A stretch of DNA of 64,000 bases from Longimicrobiales bacterium (lineage in GTDB: Bacteria > Gemmatimonadota > Gemmatimonadetes > Longimicrobiales > Gaopeijiaceae): positions 1,344,001-1,408,000 of the forward strand of contig CBDFIQ010000002.1 of the NCBI GenBank assembly GCA_965248195.1. Reading direction: 5' to 3'. The position numbers were made by a program, and so were the translations under genes. The notes below the pieces were generated by a model. That model did no database searches. It had not been told where the DNA came from and was given only the letters and a program-made list of their open reading frames with translations. This document shows positions 17,401 to 28,240 of this stretch, in pieces (within the stretch, counting starts at the first letter, position 1; every line of letters begins with the position of its first letter).

Positions 17401-19098
17401 CTAAGGGGACTCCCCGCTCCCGCCTCCGATCAGCTTGTTCAGCACGATCACGGGCACGAGTCCGACGGCGATGATGAGGAGTGCAGGCACCGCGGACCGT
17501 GCCAACTGCTCGTCCGTCGCAAGTTGAAACGCGCGGGTCGCCAGGGTGTCGAAGTTGAAGGGGCGGAGAATCAGCGTGAGGGGGAGCTCCTTGAGGACAT
17601 CGACGAAGACCAGGAGCGCCGCGCTGATCAGGGTGCCACGGAGCAGGGGCAGATCCACCTTCCACAGCGTTTTCAGCGGGGGGACACCCAACGATCTCGA
17701 CGTGTCGTCGAGGTTGCCACAAAGACGTTTGAAGCCGGACTCGATCGGGTTCAGGGCCACTGCCAGGAAGCGCACGACGTACGCGAAAATCAATGCCACC
17801 AACGTTCCACTCAGCAGGAGTCCCGTGGGAGCATCGAAGGCCGCCGTCATGAACGCGTTCAACCGCCGGTCCATCCACACGAAGGGGAGGAAGACGCCCA
17901 CGGCGACCACCGCGCCCGGAATCGAATAGCCGAGAACGGCGACCTTCGACGCCAGTCGGAGCAGCGGCGTGGGACTCAGCCGTGCGGCATATCCGATCAG
18001 GAGCGCCCCCAACACCGCGATCAGCGCGGCGGCGAGCGCAAGGGAGAAGCTGTTCAGGATGAGTTGTAGGAATCGCGCGTCGAAGGCTCCCGATGCGGCG
18101 CGTCCGGCCCACGCCGCCAACTGGGAGACCGGCACCAGAAACCCCAACGCCAGCGGCAGGAGACATACGCTCGTCGCGAGCCAACGCCCCCTCCTGCCCA
18201 GCCTTCGTCTTACGGCGGGCCGATACCCTCGTGCGCCGTCATCGAAGCGCGCCCGCCCACGCTGCAGGCGCTCGAAGACGATGAGCGTGAAGACGAACAG
18301 GAGCAGGATTCCGGATAGACGCATTGCCGCGATCGGGTCATTCAGCGGGAACCACGCTCGGAAGATGCCGGTCGTGAATGTCGGTACGCCGAAATATTTC
18401 ACGGCGCCGTAGTCGTTGAGCACCTCCATCAGAACCAGCGTCAGGCCGCCGGCCACGGCCGGCCTCGACATGGGGAGGGCGACCCGAAAAAATGTGTCCC
18501 AGGGGCCGCGCCCGAGCGTACGTGCCATCTCCAGTACGGTACCGGATTGTCGGAGGAAGGACGCTCGGGCGATGACGTAAACGTACGGGTAGAGCACGAG
18601 CGCCATCATGACCATGGCTCCCTCGCGGGACATGACAGCGGCGCGGATACGCCACACTTCCATACCAGGCCATACGGCGCTCAGGGCACTCGGCAGCAGA
18701 GCGTCGTACTCGAAAACTCCGGCGTACGTGTAGGCGATGATGTAGGTGGGGATCGCCAGAGGCAGGACCAAAGCCCACTCGAAGGTCCGCCGTCCCGGAA
18801 AGTCGTACGCGGACACCAACCAGGCCGGCGCGAGACCGATCACGAGAGACAAGGCACCCACGCCGAGCATGAGGATGGCGGAGTTCCACACGTACACGGG
18901 CAGGACCGTATCGACCAGATGTCCCCAAATTTCGCTCCGGCGCCCGAGCACACCGAACAGGATCACGACGAGCGGCAGAGCCGTCAGGGCCACCACCACC
19001 AGGGCGGAGGCACTCCACCGTGTGAGGCCCCCCCGGAAATCCCCCCGCCACCGATGACGAAAAGCCCGGAGCGCGTTGGAAACGCTCCGGGCCTTCAC
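17401..19098 (-). CDS. fbpB: Fe3+ ABC transporter permease (FbpB/FutB)
   Basis: Two permease halves; LPLAIPTYIIAY, MEVLNDYG, KELPLTLILRPFNFDTLA. Start approximate. Confidence 0.9.
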   Translation of the reverse strand: MKARSVSNALRAFRHRWRGDFRGGLTRWSASALVVVALTALPLVVILFGVLGRRSEIWGHLVDTVLPVYVWNSAILMLGVGALSLVIGLAPAWLVSAYDFPGRRTFEWALVLPLAIPTYIIAYTYAGVFEYDALLPSALSAVWPGMEVWRIRAAVMSREGAMVMMALVLYPYVYVIARASFLRQSGTVLEMARTLGRGPWDTFFRVALPMSRPAVAGGLTLVLMEVLNDYGAVKYFGVPTFTTGIFRAWFPLNDPIAAMRLSGILLLFVFTLIVFERLQRGRARFDDGARGYRPAVRRRLGRRGRWLATSVCLLPLALGFLVPVSQLAAWAGRAASGAFDARFLQLILNSFSLALAAALIAVLGALLIGYAARLSPTPLLRLASKVAVLGYSIPGAVVAVGVFLPFVWMDRRLNAFMTAAFDAPTGLLLSGTLVALIFAYVVRFLAVALNPIESGFKRLCGNLDDTSRSLGVPPLKTLWKVDLPLLRGTLISAALLVFVDVLKELPLTLILRPFNFDTLATRAFQLATDEQLARSAVPALLIIAVGLVPVIVLNKLIGGGSGESP

Positions 19099-19115
19099 GC
19101 CTGCAACGGCCCCTC

Positions 19116-20168
19116 TTATCGCCATCCAGCCCGGTCGAAGACCATGACGGCCCTCGCGTTGAGCTCGCCCAGAACGGAAAGGTTCAGGGTATCGGGACGA
19201 AATTCTCCCCATTCAGTGAGGGTCTTCGCCCACTCGATGCCCGGCTTCACCGGATACTCATAGTTGGCTTCGGCGTACCCGGTTTGGGCTTCGGTGTCTG
19301 TCAGGAACTCCAAGAGCCGCAATGCGTTGTCCGGATTGGGTGCATGAGCGGTCACGCCGGCGCCACTCACGTTCATGTGCGCGCCGCGATCGCTTTGGTT
19401 GGGAAAGAAGACGCCGACTTTGTCGGCGAGCGCACGGTCGCGTTCGTCTTCACCGTTGAACAGGAGCCCGAGGTAATAAGTGTTCACGATGGCGAGGTCA
19501 CCGGCGCCGGCCGCGACGTCCCGGACCTGATCGCGATCCGCGCCCTGCGGCGCACGGGCCATGTTCTGGACGACGCCCTCCGCCCAGCGTTCGGCTTGTT
19601 CGTCGCCGTGGACCGCGATGATCGAGGCGAGGAGGGACTGGTTGTAGATGTTCTCGGAGCTGCGTACGAGGATCTTGCCCCGCCACTTGGGGTCGGCGAG
19701 GTCTTCGTAGGTCGAAAGATCCTCGGGCGATACGCGATCCTGGGAGTAGACGATCACCCGACCCCGCTGAGTCAGGCCGTACCAATAACCGTCCGGATCC
19801 CTCAGATGGTCGGGGACGTTCGTGTGGAGTGTCTCCGAGGACACCGCACGAAGGAGTCCACGTGCCTTGGCTCGCTGGAGGCGGCCCGCATCCACCGTGA
19901 CCAGGATGTCCGCTTCCGTGTCGGCACCCTCGGTCTCGAGGCGGGTGATCAACTCGTCGGCCGATGCCGTCTGGACGTTCACCCGGATACCCGTCGACTC
20001 GGTGAAGCGTCGAAAGAGCTCTTGATCCGTGTCGTAGTGCCGGTGGCTATAGACGTTCACGACGCCGGCGTCCTCGGCGGCTCCATCAGAACCCCCATCC
20101 CCTAAACAAGCCGCCAAGAAGACGACCCCAATGGCCATCCAAGGGCGAGCTCCGCTCAAGCGCTTCAT
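19116..20168 (-). CDS. fbpA: Fe3+ ABC transporter substrate-binding lipoprotein (FbpA/FutA)
   Basis: Lipobox LAAC; VYSHRHY, TVDAGRL, NTYY, ANYEYP. Confidence 0.92.
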   Translation of the reverse strand: MKRLSGARPWMAIGVVFLAACLGDGGSDGAAEDAGVVNVYSHRHYDTDQELFRRFTESTGIRVNVQTASADELITRLETEGADTEADILVTVDAGRLQRAKARGLLRAVSSETLHTNVPDHLRDPDGYWYGLTQRGRVIVYSQDRVSPEDLSTYEDLADPKWRGKILVRSSENIYNQSLLASIIAVHGDEQAERWAEGVVQNMARAPQGADRDQVRDVAAGAGDLAIVNTYYLGLLFNGEDERDRALADKVGVFFPNQSDRGAHMNVSGAGVTAHAPNPDNALRLLEFLTDTEAQTGYAEANYEYPVKPGIEWAKTLTEWGEFRPDTLNLSVLGELNARAVMVFDRAGWR

Positions 20169-20191
20169 TACATTCCTCCTACATGAGGTGT

Positions 20192-20218
20192 GCTAGTTGA
20201 GAACCAATCTCATCTAGC
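20192..20218. promoter_or_regulatory. Fur-box-like inverted repeat upstream of fbpA
   Basis: GCTAG-T-TGAGA-ACCAA-TCTCA-T-CTAGC. Confidence 0.65.
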
Positions 20219-20416
20219 GATCAAGAAGATCGGCTGTCCGGACGATCCATGCAAGTGAGGCACGTTTGGGAATCCTCCGGAGAGTTCCCCGGGGTTGCCA
20301 CCGAGGCATTGGCGACCACTTCCCCCGGGGATTATCTTTCGTGGCTTACCAGCCCTGTCCCATCGCGGCGGAGCTTAGACAATCCGAACATCTACGGCGA
20401 CACCCTGGAGTGCTCT

Positions 20417-21652
20417 TTGGCCGACTACACGCATGCAGTGATCCCCGCGGACGGAGACAGAATCACCAAGGAGGACGCCAAGTTGGTGGTGCCGGACCGG
20501 CCGATCATCCCCTTCATCGAAGGCGATGGCATCGGTCCCGATATCTGGCGTGCCACGCAGGCCGTAGTCGACGCGTCCGTCCAGCACGCCTACCAGGGCG
20601 CACGTCAGATCGTCTGGATGGAGATCTATGCCGGCGAAAAAGCCAATGAAAAAACAGGCGAGTGGATCCCGGAAGACACGTTCGAGGCGCTCCGGGAGTT
20701 CAAAGTGGGTATCAAGGGGCCGCTCACCACGCCGGTCGGCGGTGGGATTCGCTCTCTCAACGTGACGTTGAGGCAGGTTCTGGATCTCTTCTCCTGCATT
20801 CGTCCGGTTCGCTGGATCAAGGGGGTTCCGTCTCCCATGAAGGAGCCTGAGAGGCTCGACGTCATCATCTTTCGGGAGAACACGGAGGGTGTTTACGCGG
20901 GAATCGAGTGGGCTTCGGGCACCCCCGAGGCGGACAAGGTGCGTGCCTTCTTGGTTGAGGAACTGGGTGCGAACATCCGCGAAAACAGCGGGATCGGGAT
21001 CAAGCCGATCAGCCCTTTCGGCACGAAGCGCCATGTGGCAGCGGCGATTCGTTATGCGCTGTGCCGAAACCGGCGCTCGGCCACGCTCGTCCACAAGGGC
21101 AACATCATGAAGTTCACCGAGGGCGCCTTCCGTGATTGGGGGTACGAGGTGGCTGCGGAGGAATTCTCCGACCGCACGATCGCCGAATCGGCCGTTTGGG
21201 ACGGCGCAGATCCGACGGGAAAGCTTCTGATCAAGGACCGCATCGCCGACGCCATGTTCCAACAGGTTCTGTTGCGTCCGGACGAGTATGACCTACTCGT
21301 CACGCCGAACCTGAACGGCGACTACCTGTCCGATGCTTGCGCTGCCCAGGTGGGTGGATTGGGGATGGCGCCCGGCGCCAACGTGGGGGACGACGTCGCG
21401 TTGTTCGAGGCGACACACGGTACCGCACCCAAGTATTCCGACCAGGACAAGGTGAACCCGGGGTCGTTGATTCTTTCGGCGGTCATGATGCTGGAGCACT
21501 TGGGCTGGGACGAGGCCGCCGAAGCAGTGGAGCGGGGTATGGAGGGTGCGGTGGGCGCCAAGGCGGTGACCTACGATCTCGAACGGCAGATGGACGGTGC
21601 CCGGATTCTGAAGACGTCAGAGTTCGGCCAGGCCGTCATCGAGCATATGTAG
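20417..21652 (+). CDS. icd: NADP-dependent isocitrate dehydrogenase
   Basis: [49 protein letters not shown] start after GGAG. Confidence 0.95.
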   Translation: MADYTHAVIPADGDRITKEDAKLVVPDRPIIPFIEGDGIGPDIWRATQAVVDASVQHAYQGARQIVWMEIYAGEKANEKTGEWIPEDTFEALREFKVGIKGPLTTPVGGGIRSLNVTLRQVLDLFSCIRPVRWIKGVPSPMKEPERLDVIIFRENTEGVYAGIEWASGTPEADKVRAFLVEELGANIRENSGIGIKPISPFGTKRHVAAAIRYALCRNRRSATLVHKGNIMKFTEGAFRDWGYEVAAEEFSDRTIAESAVWDGADPTGKLLIKDRIADAMFQQVLLRPDEYDLLVTPNLNGDYLSDACAAQVGGLGMAPGANVGDDVALFEATHGTAPKYSDQDKVNPGSLILSAVMMLEHLGWDEAAEAVERGMEGAVGAKAVTYDLERQMDGARILKTSEFGQAVIEHM

Positions 21653-21667
21653 GTGGCAGCGAGCTCT

Positions 21668-23164
21668 ATGAACGTTCGTTGCGTGTCATGCGCCGGCGCG
21701 ACCAGCCACGACACTCCGCTCTTGGTCCTTCCCGTTCACGAGTCCGAGGAGGAGGCCGAGGCTCCAAGAGCGGCGGTGCTCGCGCCAGCCGGGCTCTCAG
21801 AGGTGCTTGCCGGCGCTTTTCCCGTGGAGGATTTAAAGCACAAGCCCGGTGAAAGCACCTTCGTCTATTTGAACGAGGGCGGCGGCCCCCGGCGTGTGCT
21901 TCTTCTTGGAGCCGGGAAACCGTCGGGCTTCGACCTCGAGGCGGCACGACGCTTTGCGGGCCACGCGGTCCGGGCGGCGGAGTCCGTCGGGGTCTCGGGC
22001 CTTACCGTGTATCTCGGATCGGGGGTGTCCGTGGATGCGGTACAGGCCGCCGCCGAAGGCGCTGTTTTGGCGGCGTGGCGATTCACGGAGATGAAGAGGC
22101 AGGATGAGGACGGCGCTCCCGCCGTGGTGGGGGAGTTCGAGGTCATGGTCGACCCCGAGGATCTCGACGCAGGCGAGACCGGCGTCCAAGCTGGTGGCGC
22201 CGTGGGACGGGCTGCCAACTTCGCTCGGACGTTGCAGTCGCGACCTGCTAACGTCGCGACGCCCTCGCATCTGGCCGACGAAGCGTCGACAATGGCCGGT
22301 GAGCACGGCCTGGAGGTCACCGTGATGGGGCCTGAAGAACTCGAGGCGGAGCGCATGCATGCGCTTCTGGCCGTCGCTCAGGGATCGGATGAAGAACCGC
22401 GTCTGATCGTGCTGCGCCACAACGGGGGGGCCGACGGCGAGGCGCCCCTGGTCCTGGTGGGGAAAGGACTCACGTTCGATGCGGGTGGGATCTCGATCAA
22501 ACCGGCCAGCGGTATGGAGGAAATGATCTTCGACATGTCCGGGGGTGCCGCTGTCATCGGAGCGATGCAGGCTGTTGCCGAGTTGAAGGTCCCGCTCAAT
22601 GTGGTGGGAATCGTGCCTTCGTCCGAGAATCTGCCCAGCGGACGGGCCATGAAGCCGGGCGACATCATCGGGTCACGAGAAGGTAAGACCATCGAGGTGG
22701 TCAACACCGATGCCGAGGGGCGCTTGATTCTTGCGGACGCTCTCTCTTACGCACAGGGTCTCAGCCCGGCTGCGATCGTCGACTGTGCGACGCTCACGGG
22801 GTCGGTGGTCATCGCATTGGGTCACCACGCCGCGGCTGTCTTTGGCACGGATGAGGAGCTCGTCGATGAGTTGAGGGAGGCGGGAGACCGGTCCGGGGAG
22901 CGCTGTTGGCCTCTCCCGCTCTGGGACGACTATCGGCGGCAGCTCGACAGCGAGGTCGCGGATCTCGTCAACATCGGAGGCCGGCCGGGCGGGAGCATCA
23001 CCGCGGCTTGTTTCTTGAAGGAATTCGTGGGGGAGTGCCGTTGGGCGCATCTGGATATTGCGGGTACGGCTTACGGCGAGGGCAAGCTCTCCTACCAGCG
23101 GAAGGGCGCGGCCGGCTTCCCCACGAGGCTTCTTGTCGAATGGGTGCGGAGTCGAGCGCGGTGA
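21668..23164 (+). CDS. pepA: Leucyl aminopeptidase (M17)
   Basis: VGKGLTFDAGGISIKP, NTDAEGRL. Confidence 0.95.
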   Translation: MNVRCVSCAGATSHDTPLLVLPVHESEEEAEAPRAAVLAPAGLSEVLAGAFPVEDLKHKPGESTFVYLNEGGGPRRVLLLGAGKPSGFDLEAARRFAGHAVRAAESVGVSGLTVYLGSGVSVDAVQAAAEGAVLAAWRFTEMKRQDEDGAPAVVGEFEVMVDPEDLDAGETGVQAGGAVGRAANFARTLQSRPANVATPSHLADEASTMAGEHGLEVTVMGPEELEAERMHALLAVAQGSDEEPRLIVLRHNGGADGEAPLVLVGKGLTFDAGGISIKPASGMEEMIFDMSGGAAVIGAMQAVAELKVPLNVVGIVPSSENLPSGRAMKPGDIIGSREGKTIEVVNTDAEGRLILADALSYAQGLSPAAIVDCATLTGSVVIALGHHAAAVFGTDEELVDELREAGDRSGERCWPLPLWDDYRRQLDSEVADLVNIGGRPGGSITAACFLKEFVGECRWAHLDIAGTAYGEGKLSYQRKGAAGFPTRLLVEWVRSRAR

Positions 23165-25131
23165 AGCGCCCGCTCCGACGACTTCTCGCGCCCCGGGCTC
23201 AGAAGGCCGGGGCGTTCTACGTTGGAGCGATATTTTCCGCGGCCTTCATCCCCTTCCCTGCGGGGGCGCAAATCCCAGGCATCGCGGGCCCACCGCCGGA
23301 TACGGTTCTGGCCGACGCCGACTCCACCGGGCGGGCAGCCGGACCGGCCGAGGCCGATTCCAGCACGATCCTCGCCGATTCCAGCGCGATCCTCGCTGAT
23401 TCCAGCGCGATCCTCGCCGATTCAGGTAGGGTGGCGCCCAAAAGACTGCCGGTGATCTCATCCGGTCCGGGGCCCTCGTACGGGTTGGGCGTCTGGTCGT
23501 GGGATCGCGACGCACTCCAGTCGACGAGAGCGGTCACCCTTGCCGAGCTCGTCGCCCTCATTCCCGGCGTGATCGCCCTAAAGGGGGGTGACTACGGGAC
23601 CCCGGTCACCGTGATGTCGTTCGGGGCGGGAGGCGGCCGGGTCCGGGTCATGTGGGATGGCTTCGAGTGGGTACCGCTCGACGGTGGGGTGCCCGACCTG
23701 TCCCGAATTGGCCTCGCGGGCTTGGATGAGGTCCGAGTGGAGCGACACCCGGGAGAGTTACGCATCGAGCTCAGAACCAGAGAGCCGACGGCACCGGATC
23801 CCGTCAGCCTCGTGCATGTGGGGACCGGCGATCTGGGGACCAACCTCCTCAGTGGTGTCTTCGTCCATCCCAACGCTTTCAAGGGGGCGTTCACCCTGGC
23901 CTTCGACCGTGTGGAGACACGAGGCCCCGGCCTGGATGCCGGCGGCTCATTGAGCGGCTTCGCGCTCCGATACGCGATCTCCCGTGGGGATCGGGGTGGC
24001 ATCGTGGCGGAGATGAGGCGATTCGCTCCCCGCACGGACGTCGCTGACCTCGTCACCGGCTTGACGCGGAACGACTGGAATGTTCGAGCCCGGTGGCGCC
24101 TCGCCGAAGGGTTGATCGGGGAGGGCTATTGGGGTGCTTCCTCGTTGGCCGGAGGCCCAGAGGAGCCGGTCTTTGGTGCGCTCGATATCCGTCGTACCCA
24201 ACTCGGACTCCGGACCAAGTACACCGTCGGAAACCTGTGGGCTCAAGGCTCGGCGCGCCGATTCTCCGGCCACGGGGTGCCGGGTGAGAACTATGAAGTA
24301 GCGGCGGGAGGTGCTCGAGCGTCGGTGGCATCACTGGATGGATCGCTGCGAGTCGAGCGGTGGGCCGGCCGGTACGCCAGGTCCTGGAGGGCGAGGATCG
24401 AAACGGCACCCCTCTTGGGATTTTCGTTGTTCGCCTCCTATGAGGATGGAGAGACCGGAGCGCCCTTCGTGTCGGAATACGAAGCGTACCTCCGGTCTCT
24501 CAGGGTGGCCCCCCCGCTTCAGCTGGACCCTATCGAAAAACCGCGTCCACGCTTCACGAACCGTACGGCGATCCGAGCCGGTGGCAGGCTTTCTTGGCGA
24601 GGCCTGAATCTCTCCGGAGCCTGGCTGTCGATGGAGGCGGATTCGCTCCGTCCTCTCGGGCTCGCTCTCGATCCCGACGGGATCTCTTCGCCTGGAGGTG
24701 AGCGAATGGGCTTCGAAGCGACGGCCAGCATACCGCTCCCCTTGTCGGGTTTCGTGCTCCAAGGGGCCGTTCAAGCGTGGAATGGCGATCTCGCGTACCT
24801 TCCGAAGCGTCTCTGGGACGGGGCGCTGACGTATCATGGGATTTTCAAGGAATCGCGAAACCTGGAGCTATGGGGCGGACTGGGTGTGACCAGCCGAGAT
24901 CCCATGCCGATCGGGATTCTGGAATCCGGTGTGGATCCCGCCCTCCTGGATCTCATGGTCGTGCCCCTTTCGGAGGAGTGGTACACACATGTTCAGGTAC
25001 GGATCGTCACGCTGAGCGTCTTCATCCGCTGGGAGAACATCAGGGGCAAGAGCGACAATGTGGATTTCCCCAACCGTCAACAGCCTCGATTCCGCACGCT
25101 GTACGGGGTACGCTGGGTCATGAGCAACTAG
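23161..25131 (+). CDS. Outer-membrane protein with TonB-type plug domain / putative porin
   Basis: TLAELVALIPGV plug motif, beta-strand pattern, C-terminal YGVRWVMSN. Confidence 0.7.
   Translation: MKRPLRRLLAPRAQKAGAFYVGAIFSAAFIPFPAGAQIPGIAGPPPDTVLADADSTGRAAGPAEADSSTILADSSAILADSSAILADSGRVAPKRLPVISSGPGPSYGLGVWSWDRDALQSTRAVTLAELVALIPGVIALKGGDYGTPVTVMSFGAGGGRVRVMWDGFEWVPLDGGVPDLSRIGLAGLDEVRVERHPGELRIELRTREPTAPDPVSLVHVGTGDLGTNLLSGVFVHPNAFKGAFTLAFDRVETRGPGLDAGGSLSGFALRYAISRGDRGGIVAEMRRFAPRTDVADLVTGLTRNDWNVRARWRLAEGLIGEGYWGASSLAGGPEEPVFGALDIRRTQLGLRTKYTVGNLWAQGSARRFSGHGVPGENYEVAAGGARASVASLDGSLRVERWAGRYARSWRARIETAPLLGFSLFASYEDGETGAPFVSEYEAYLRSLRVAPPLQLDPIEKPRPRFTNRTAIRAGGRLSWRGLNLSGAWLSMEADSLRPLGLALDPDGISSPGGERMGFEATASIPLPLSGFVLQGAVQAWNGDLAYLPKRLWDGALTYHGIFKESRNLELWGGLGVTSRDPMPIGILESGVDPALLDLMVVPLSEEWYTHVQVRIVTLSVFIRWENIRGKSDNVDFPNRQQPRFRTLYGVRWVMSN
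23353..23424 (+). repeat. 21-bp in-frame tandem repeat (ADSSxIL)
   Basis: GCCGATTCCAGCGCGATCCTC-like unit x ~3.4. Confidence 0.85.
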
Positions 25132-25158
25132 TCACCCTTCTAGAGACTTGTTACGCAG

Positions 25159-26052
25159 ATGATCAGAAGCATGACGGGCTTCGGAGAGGCCGAAGAGGTG
25201 ACTGAGGCAGGCGTCGTGCGCGTCGAGATCAAAACCGTCAACCATCGGTTTTTCAACGCGAACATACGAACTCCCACTGGCTTCGATCGCCTCGAGAGCG
25301 ACATCCAGTCGTGGCTCAGGCCATTTCTGAGTCGGGGCCACGTTACGTACACGCTGTCCATCGATCGGGATAGGACAGCGGCGAATGACGCGCTCCCGGA
25401 GCTGGATCTGGAGCGCGCGAAGCGGTACCGCGAGCTTCTCGAAACCCTTCGGCGTGAACTCGGCGTCGAGGCTGCGGTAGATCTGTCGCACATCTCCGGT
25501 TTCCGTGAGATTTTCCGGGCTCCGGAGCGGGAAGACGCGTCGGCCCAGGTGGAGGGGGAGGTGATCCGGAGCCTGACCCAAGCCGCGGCCGCGGAGGTGG
25601 TGGCATTGCGGGAAGCCGAAGGGACCCGGCTCCAACGAGACCTGGAAGAACATCTGCGGGCCGTCGAGGAGGCACTCGTCCGAGTTGAGGCATATGCCCC
25701 GCAGCGCCTGATGGCGGAGCGTGACAGGTTGCGCGCCGCCGTGGCCGAGCTCACCGAGACGCACACCGTCGACGAGGACCGCCTGACGAGGGAGATCGCG
25801 TATCTCGCCGAAAAGTGGGATATCAATGAAGAGATCGTACGATTCCGCTCACACGTCGAACTCTTCAATGAGGCGCTGCAAGCTGAAGCCAGTGAGCCGG
25901 TCGGGAAGAGACTCGGCTTTGTGGTCCAGGAGATGAATCGGGAGGCCAACACGATCGGGTCCAAGGCCAATGACGCACAGATCGCGCACACAGCCGTCAC
26001 CCTCAAGGAGGAGGTCGAACGCCTTCGGGAGCAGTTGGAGAACGTCGAGTGA
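25159..26052 (+). CDS. yicC: YicC/YloC family endoribonuclease
   Basis: MIRSMTGFG, EMNREANTIGSK, REQLENVE. Confidence 0.93.
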   Translation: MIRSMTGFGEAEEVTEAGVVRVEIKTVNHRFFNANIRTPTGFDRLESDIQSWLRPFLSRGHVTYTLSIDRDRTAANDALPELDLERAKRYRELLETLRRELGVEAAVDLSHISGFREIFRAPEREDASAQVEGEVIRSLTQAAAAEVVALREAEGTRLQRDLEEHLRAVEEALVRVEAYAPQRLMAERDRLRAAVAELTETHTVDEDRLTREIAYLAEKWDINEEIVRFRSHVELFNEALQAEASEPVGKRLGFVVQEMNREANTIGSKANDAQIAHTAVTLKEEVERLREQLENVE

Positions 26053-26717
26053 GTTCCCTCGTGCACCGGACCTGCCCCGTCGTGCTCGCGGCGCCCAGCG
26101 GGGCCGGCAAGACCTCGATCGCGAGAGCTCTGGTAGAGACCAGCGCAGACGTCGTCTTCTCGGTTTCCGCGACCACGCGGCCCGCCCGGGACCACGAAGT
26201 GGACGGCGTCGACTATCACTTCCTGTCCGAGACGGACTTCCGCGCAATGATCGAGGCGGACGAATTCGTCGAATGGGCCGAGGTGCACGGCCACCTGTAC
26301 GGGACGTCCCGCCAGGCGCTTCAGGCCGCTCTCGACGACGGGCGATTCCTGATCCTGGATATCGACGTTCAGGGTGCAATGCGGATGCGCGAAAGGGTCC
26401 CCGACGTGGTGCTCGTGTTCGTGCTTCCGCCCTCGGCGGACGCTCTGGTGGAGCGGCTCACGGAGCGGGGCAGCGAGGGAGAAGACACCGTGGCCCGCCG
26501 GATCGAGAACGCCCGCGGCGAGCTGGAGCAGGCGGCCCAATTCGACTATATCGTGGTCAACGAGAACCTCCAACAGGCTATCGACGAGGTTCGGAGCATC
26601 GTGTCCGCCGAGGGCCGGCGCGCGGATCGAGCCATCGACTTATCGAACAGGATTCGCCAACTTCAAGGCCAGATTGATCGAATTCTCGCGGAAGATTTCG
26701 GCTTCCCGGGAAAGTGA
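26049..26717 (+). CDS. gmk: Guanylate kinase
   Basis: APSGAGKTS, SATTRP, DIDVQG. Confidence 0.95.
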   Translation: MSSLVHRTCPVVLAAPSGAGKTSIARALVETSADVVFSVSATTRPARDHEVDGVDYHFLSETDFRAMIEADEFVEWAEVHGHLYGTSRQALQAALDDGRFLILDIDVQGAMRMRERVPDVVLVFVLPPSADALVERLTERGSEGEDTVARRIENARGELEQAAQFDYIVVNENLQQAIDEVRSIVSAEGRRADRAIDLSNRIRQLQGQIDRILAEDFGFPGK

Positions 26718-26774
26718 CACGACGTAAACGTCTGACATAGAACAGCATAGAGGGCTTGGCCCGGGAGTTCCACC

Positions 26775-26990
26775 ATGCGCGTATTCACGCCCGACGAGTC
26801 CGCCCGACACACGCAGAGCAAGTATCTCGGCGTGCTGGTGGCGGCCAAGTACGCTCGGGAGCTTAATTCCTTGCCCAGAGAGACCCTCCCCCTCGGGGAG
26901 GAGAAGAAACTCACCACAAAATCCCTCGAGGCGCTTACTTCGGGTCAGATCGAGTTCCGCCTGGTCGGTCGCAGGCGTCGGGAGGACTAG
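26775..26990 (+). CDS. rpoZ: RNA polymerase omega subunit
   Basis: SKYLGVLVAAKYAREL; gmk-rpoZ-coaBC synteny. Confidence 0.88.
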   Translation: MRVFTPDESARHTQSKYLGVLVAAKYARELNSLPRETLPLGEEKKLTTKSLEALTSGQIEFRLVGRRRRED

Positions 26991-27001
26991 AGAGGCCCGT
27001 C

Positions 27002-28240
27002 ATAGGACGTGTACTTCATCCCCGGCGACCGTGGGAGGGACGAAGGATCGTCCTCGGCGTCACCGGAGGCATCGCCGCCTATAAGGCCGTTCAGCTCGCC
27101 CGAGACCTGACGCGGCTCGGCGCCGTGGTCGACACGGTCCTTACCCCAGGCGCGCAACGGTTCGTCCAGCCTCTCTCGTTCGAGGGGGTCACGGGCCGCT
27201 CCTCCGCGACCGACCTCTTTTCTACCGAGGGAGCCGCTCTCCACATCAAGCTCGGGTCCGAGGCCGACGTCGTATGTGTGGCGCCCGCAACGGCCGACCT
27301 CATTGCGCGGGCGGCTCAGGGGCGGGCCGACGACCTCCTCACCACTACGTTACTGGCGACGAGGGCCCCGGTGCTTATTTGTCCGGCGATGAACGACCGG
27401 ATGTATTCCCACCCGCAGACGCAAGCCAACCTCCGTCACCTACAGGAGGCGCTCGCATACCGAATAGCCGGGCCCGGAACCGGCCCACTGGCGGTCGATG
27501 AGGGGAGCGGCCCCGGGCGGATGTTGGAGCCGCACGAGATCGTCGAGGAGATCGGCCGGACGCTGTCAGAGGCGTCTCCGCTGCGGGGGAAGAGGGTGCT
27601 CATCACGGCCGGCCCTACCCGCGAGGCGATCGATCCCGTGAGGTTCATCGGCAATCGCTCCTCGGGCCGGATGGGTTTGGCCCTGGCCACCGCGGCGTGG
27701 CGACGCGGAGCGGACGTGAAGGTTGTCGCGGGCCCCTTGGCTCTTCCGAATCCTTACGGCGTAGAGGTGCTCGATGTCGAGACCGCCCGGGAGATGCTCG
27801 AGTGCGTTTCGGAGCACCTTCCGGAGGCGGACGTATCGATCTTTGCCTCAGCGGTGGCGGACTACGGCCCGGCCCATCCCTCGGAAAAAAAACTGAAAAG
27901 GGCCGACGTGGGACCGGAGATGATCCTCACGCTCGCCGAGAATCCAGACGTGGCGGGAGAGACGCGTGCCGTGCGTAAAAACGGGTCAGTTTCGGTCGGG
28001 TTCGCGCTCGAGACGAATTCCCTCCTGGAAAATGCTCGGGCCAAGCTCGAGTCCAAGGGTTTCGATCTGATCGTCGCCAATGAGGCGGAGGCGGAGGGTG
28101 CTGGATTCGAAGTAGATACGAACCAAGTGGTGCTGCTCGGCGCGGACGGAGAGACCGAGGAGCTTCCTCTCTTGGCCAAGGATGAAGTCGCAGAGGTGAT
28201 CCTCGACCGTATTTCAGGGCTCGTGGAATCCGGCGGGTGA
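27002..28240 (+). CDS. coaBC: Bifunctional CoaBC
   Basis: GVTGGIAAYK (upstream of the ORF-track start), PAMN, DPVRFIGNRSSGRMG, GFALET. Start proposed at ATA 27002. Confidence 0.92.
   Translation: MGRVLHPRRPWEGRRIVLGVTGGIAAYKAVQLARDLTRLGAVVDTVLTPGAQRFVQPLSFEGVTGRSSATDLFSTEGAALHIKLGSEADVVCVAPATADLIARAAQGRADDLLTTTLLATRAPVLICPAMNDRMYSHPQTQANLRHLQEALAYRIAGPGTGPLAVDEGSGPGRMLEPHEIVEEIGRTLSEASPLRGKRVLITAGPTREAIDPVRFIGNRSSGRMGLALATAAWRRGADVKVVAGPLALPNPYGVEVLDVETAREMLECVSEHLPEADVSIFASAVADYGPAHPSEKKLKRADVGPEMILTLAENPDVAGETRAVRKNGSVSVGFALETNSLLENARAKLESKGFDLIVANEAEAEGAGFEVDTNQVVLLGADGETEELPLLAKDEVAEVILDRISGLVESGG

Noticed and set aside
22510..22540. PepA MEEMIFDM instead of MKxDM
   Set aside because: The metal ligands and the catalytic Lys/Arg (VGKG, FD, SIKP, DM, NTDAEGR) are intact.
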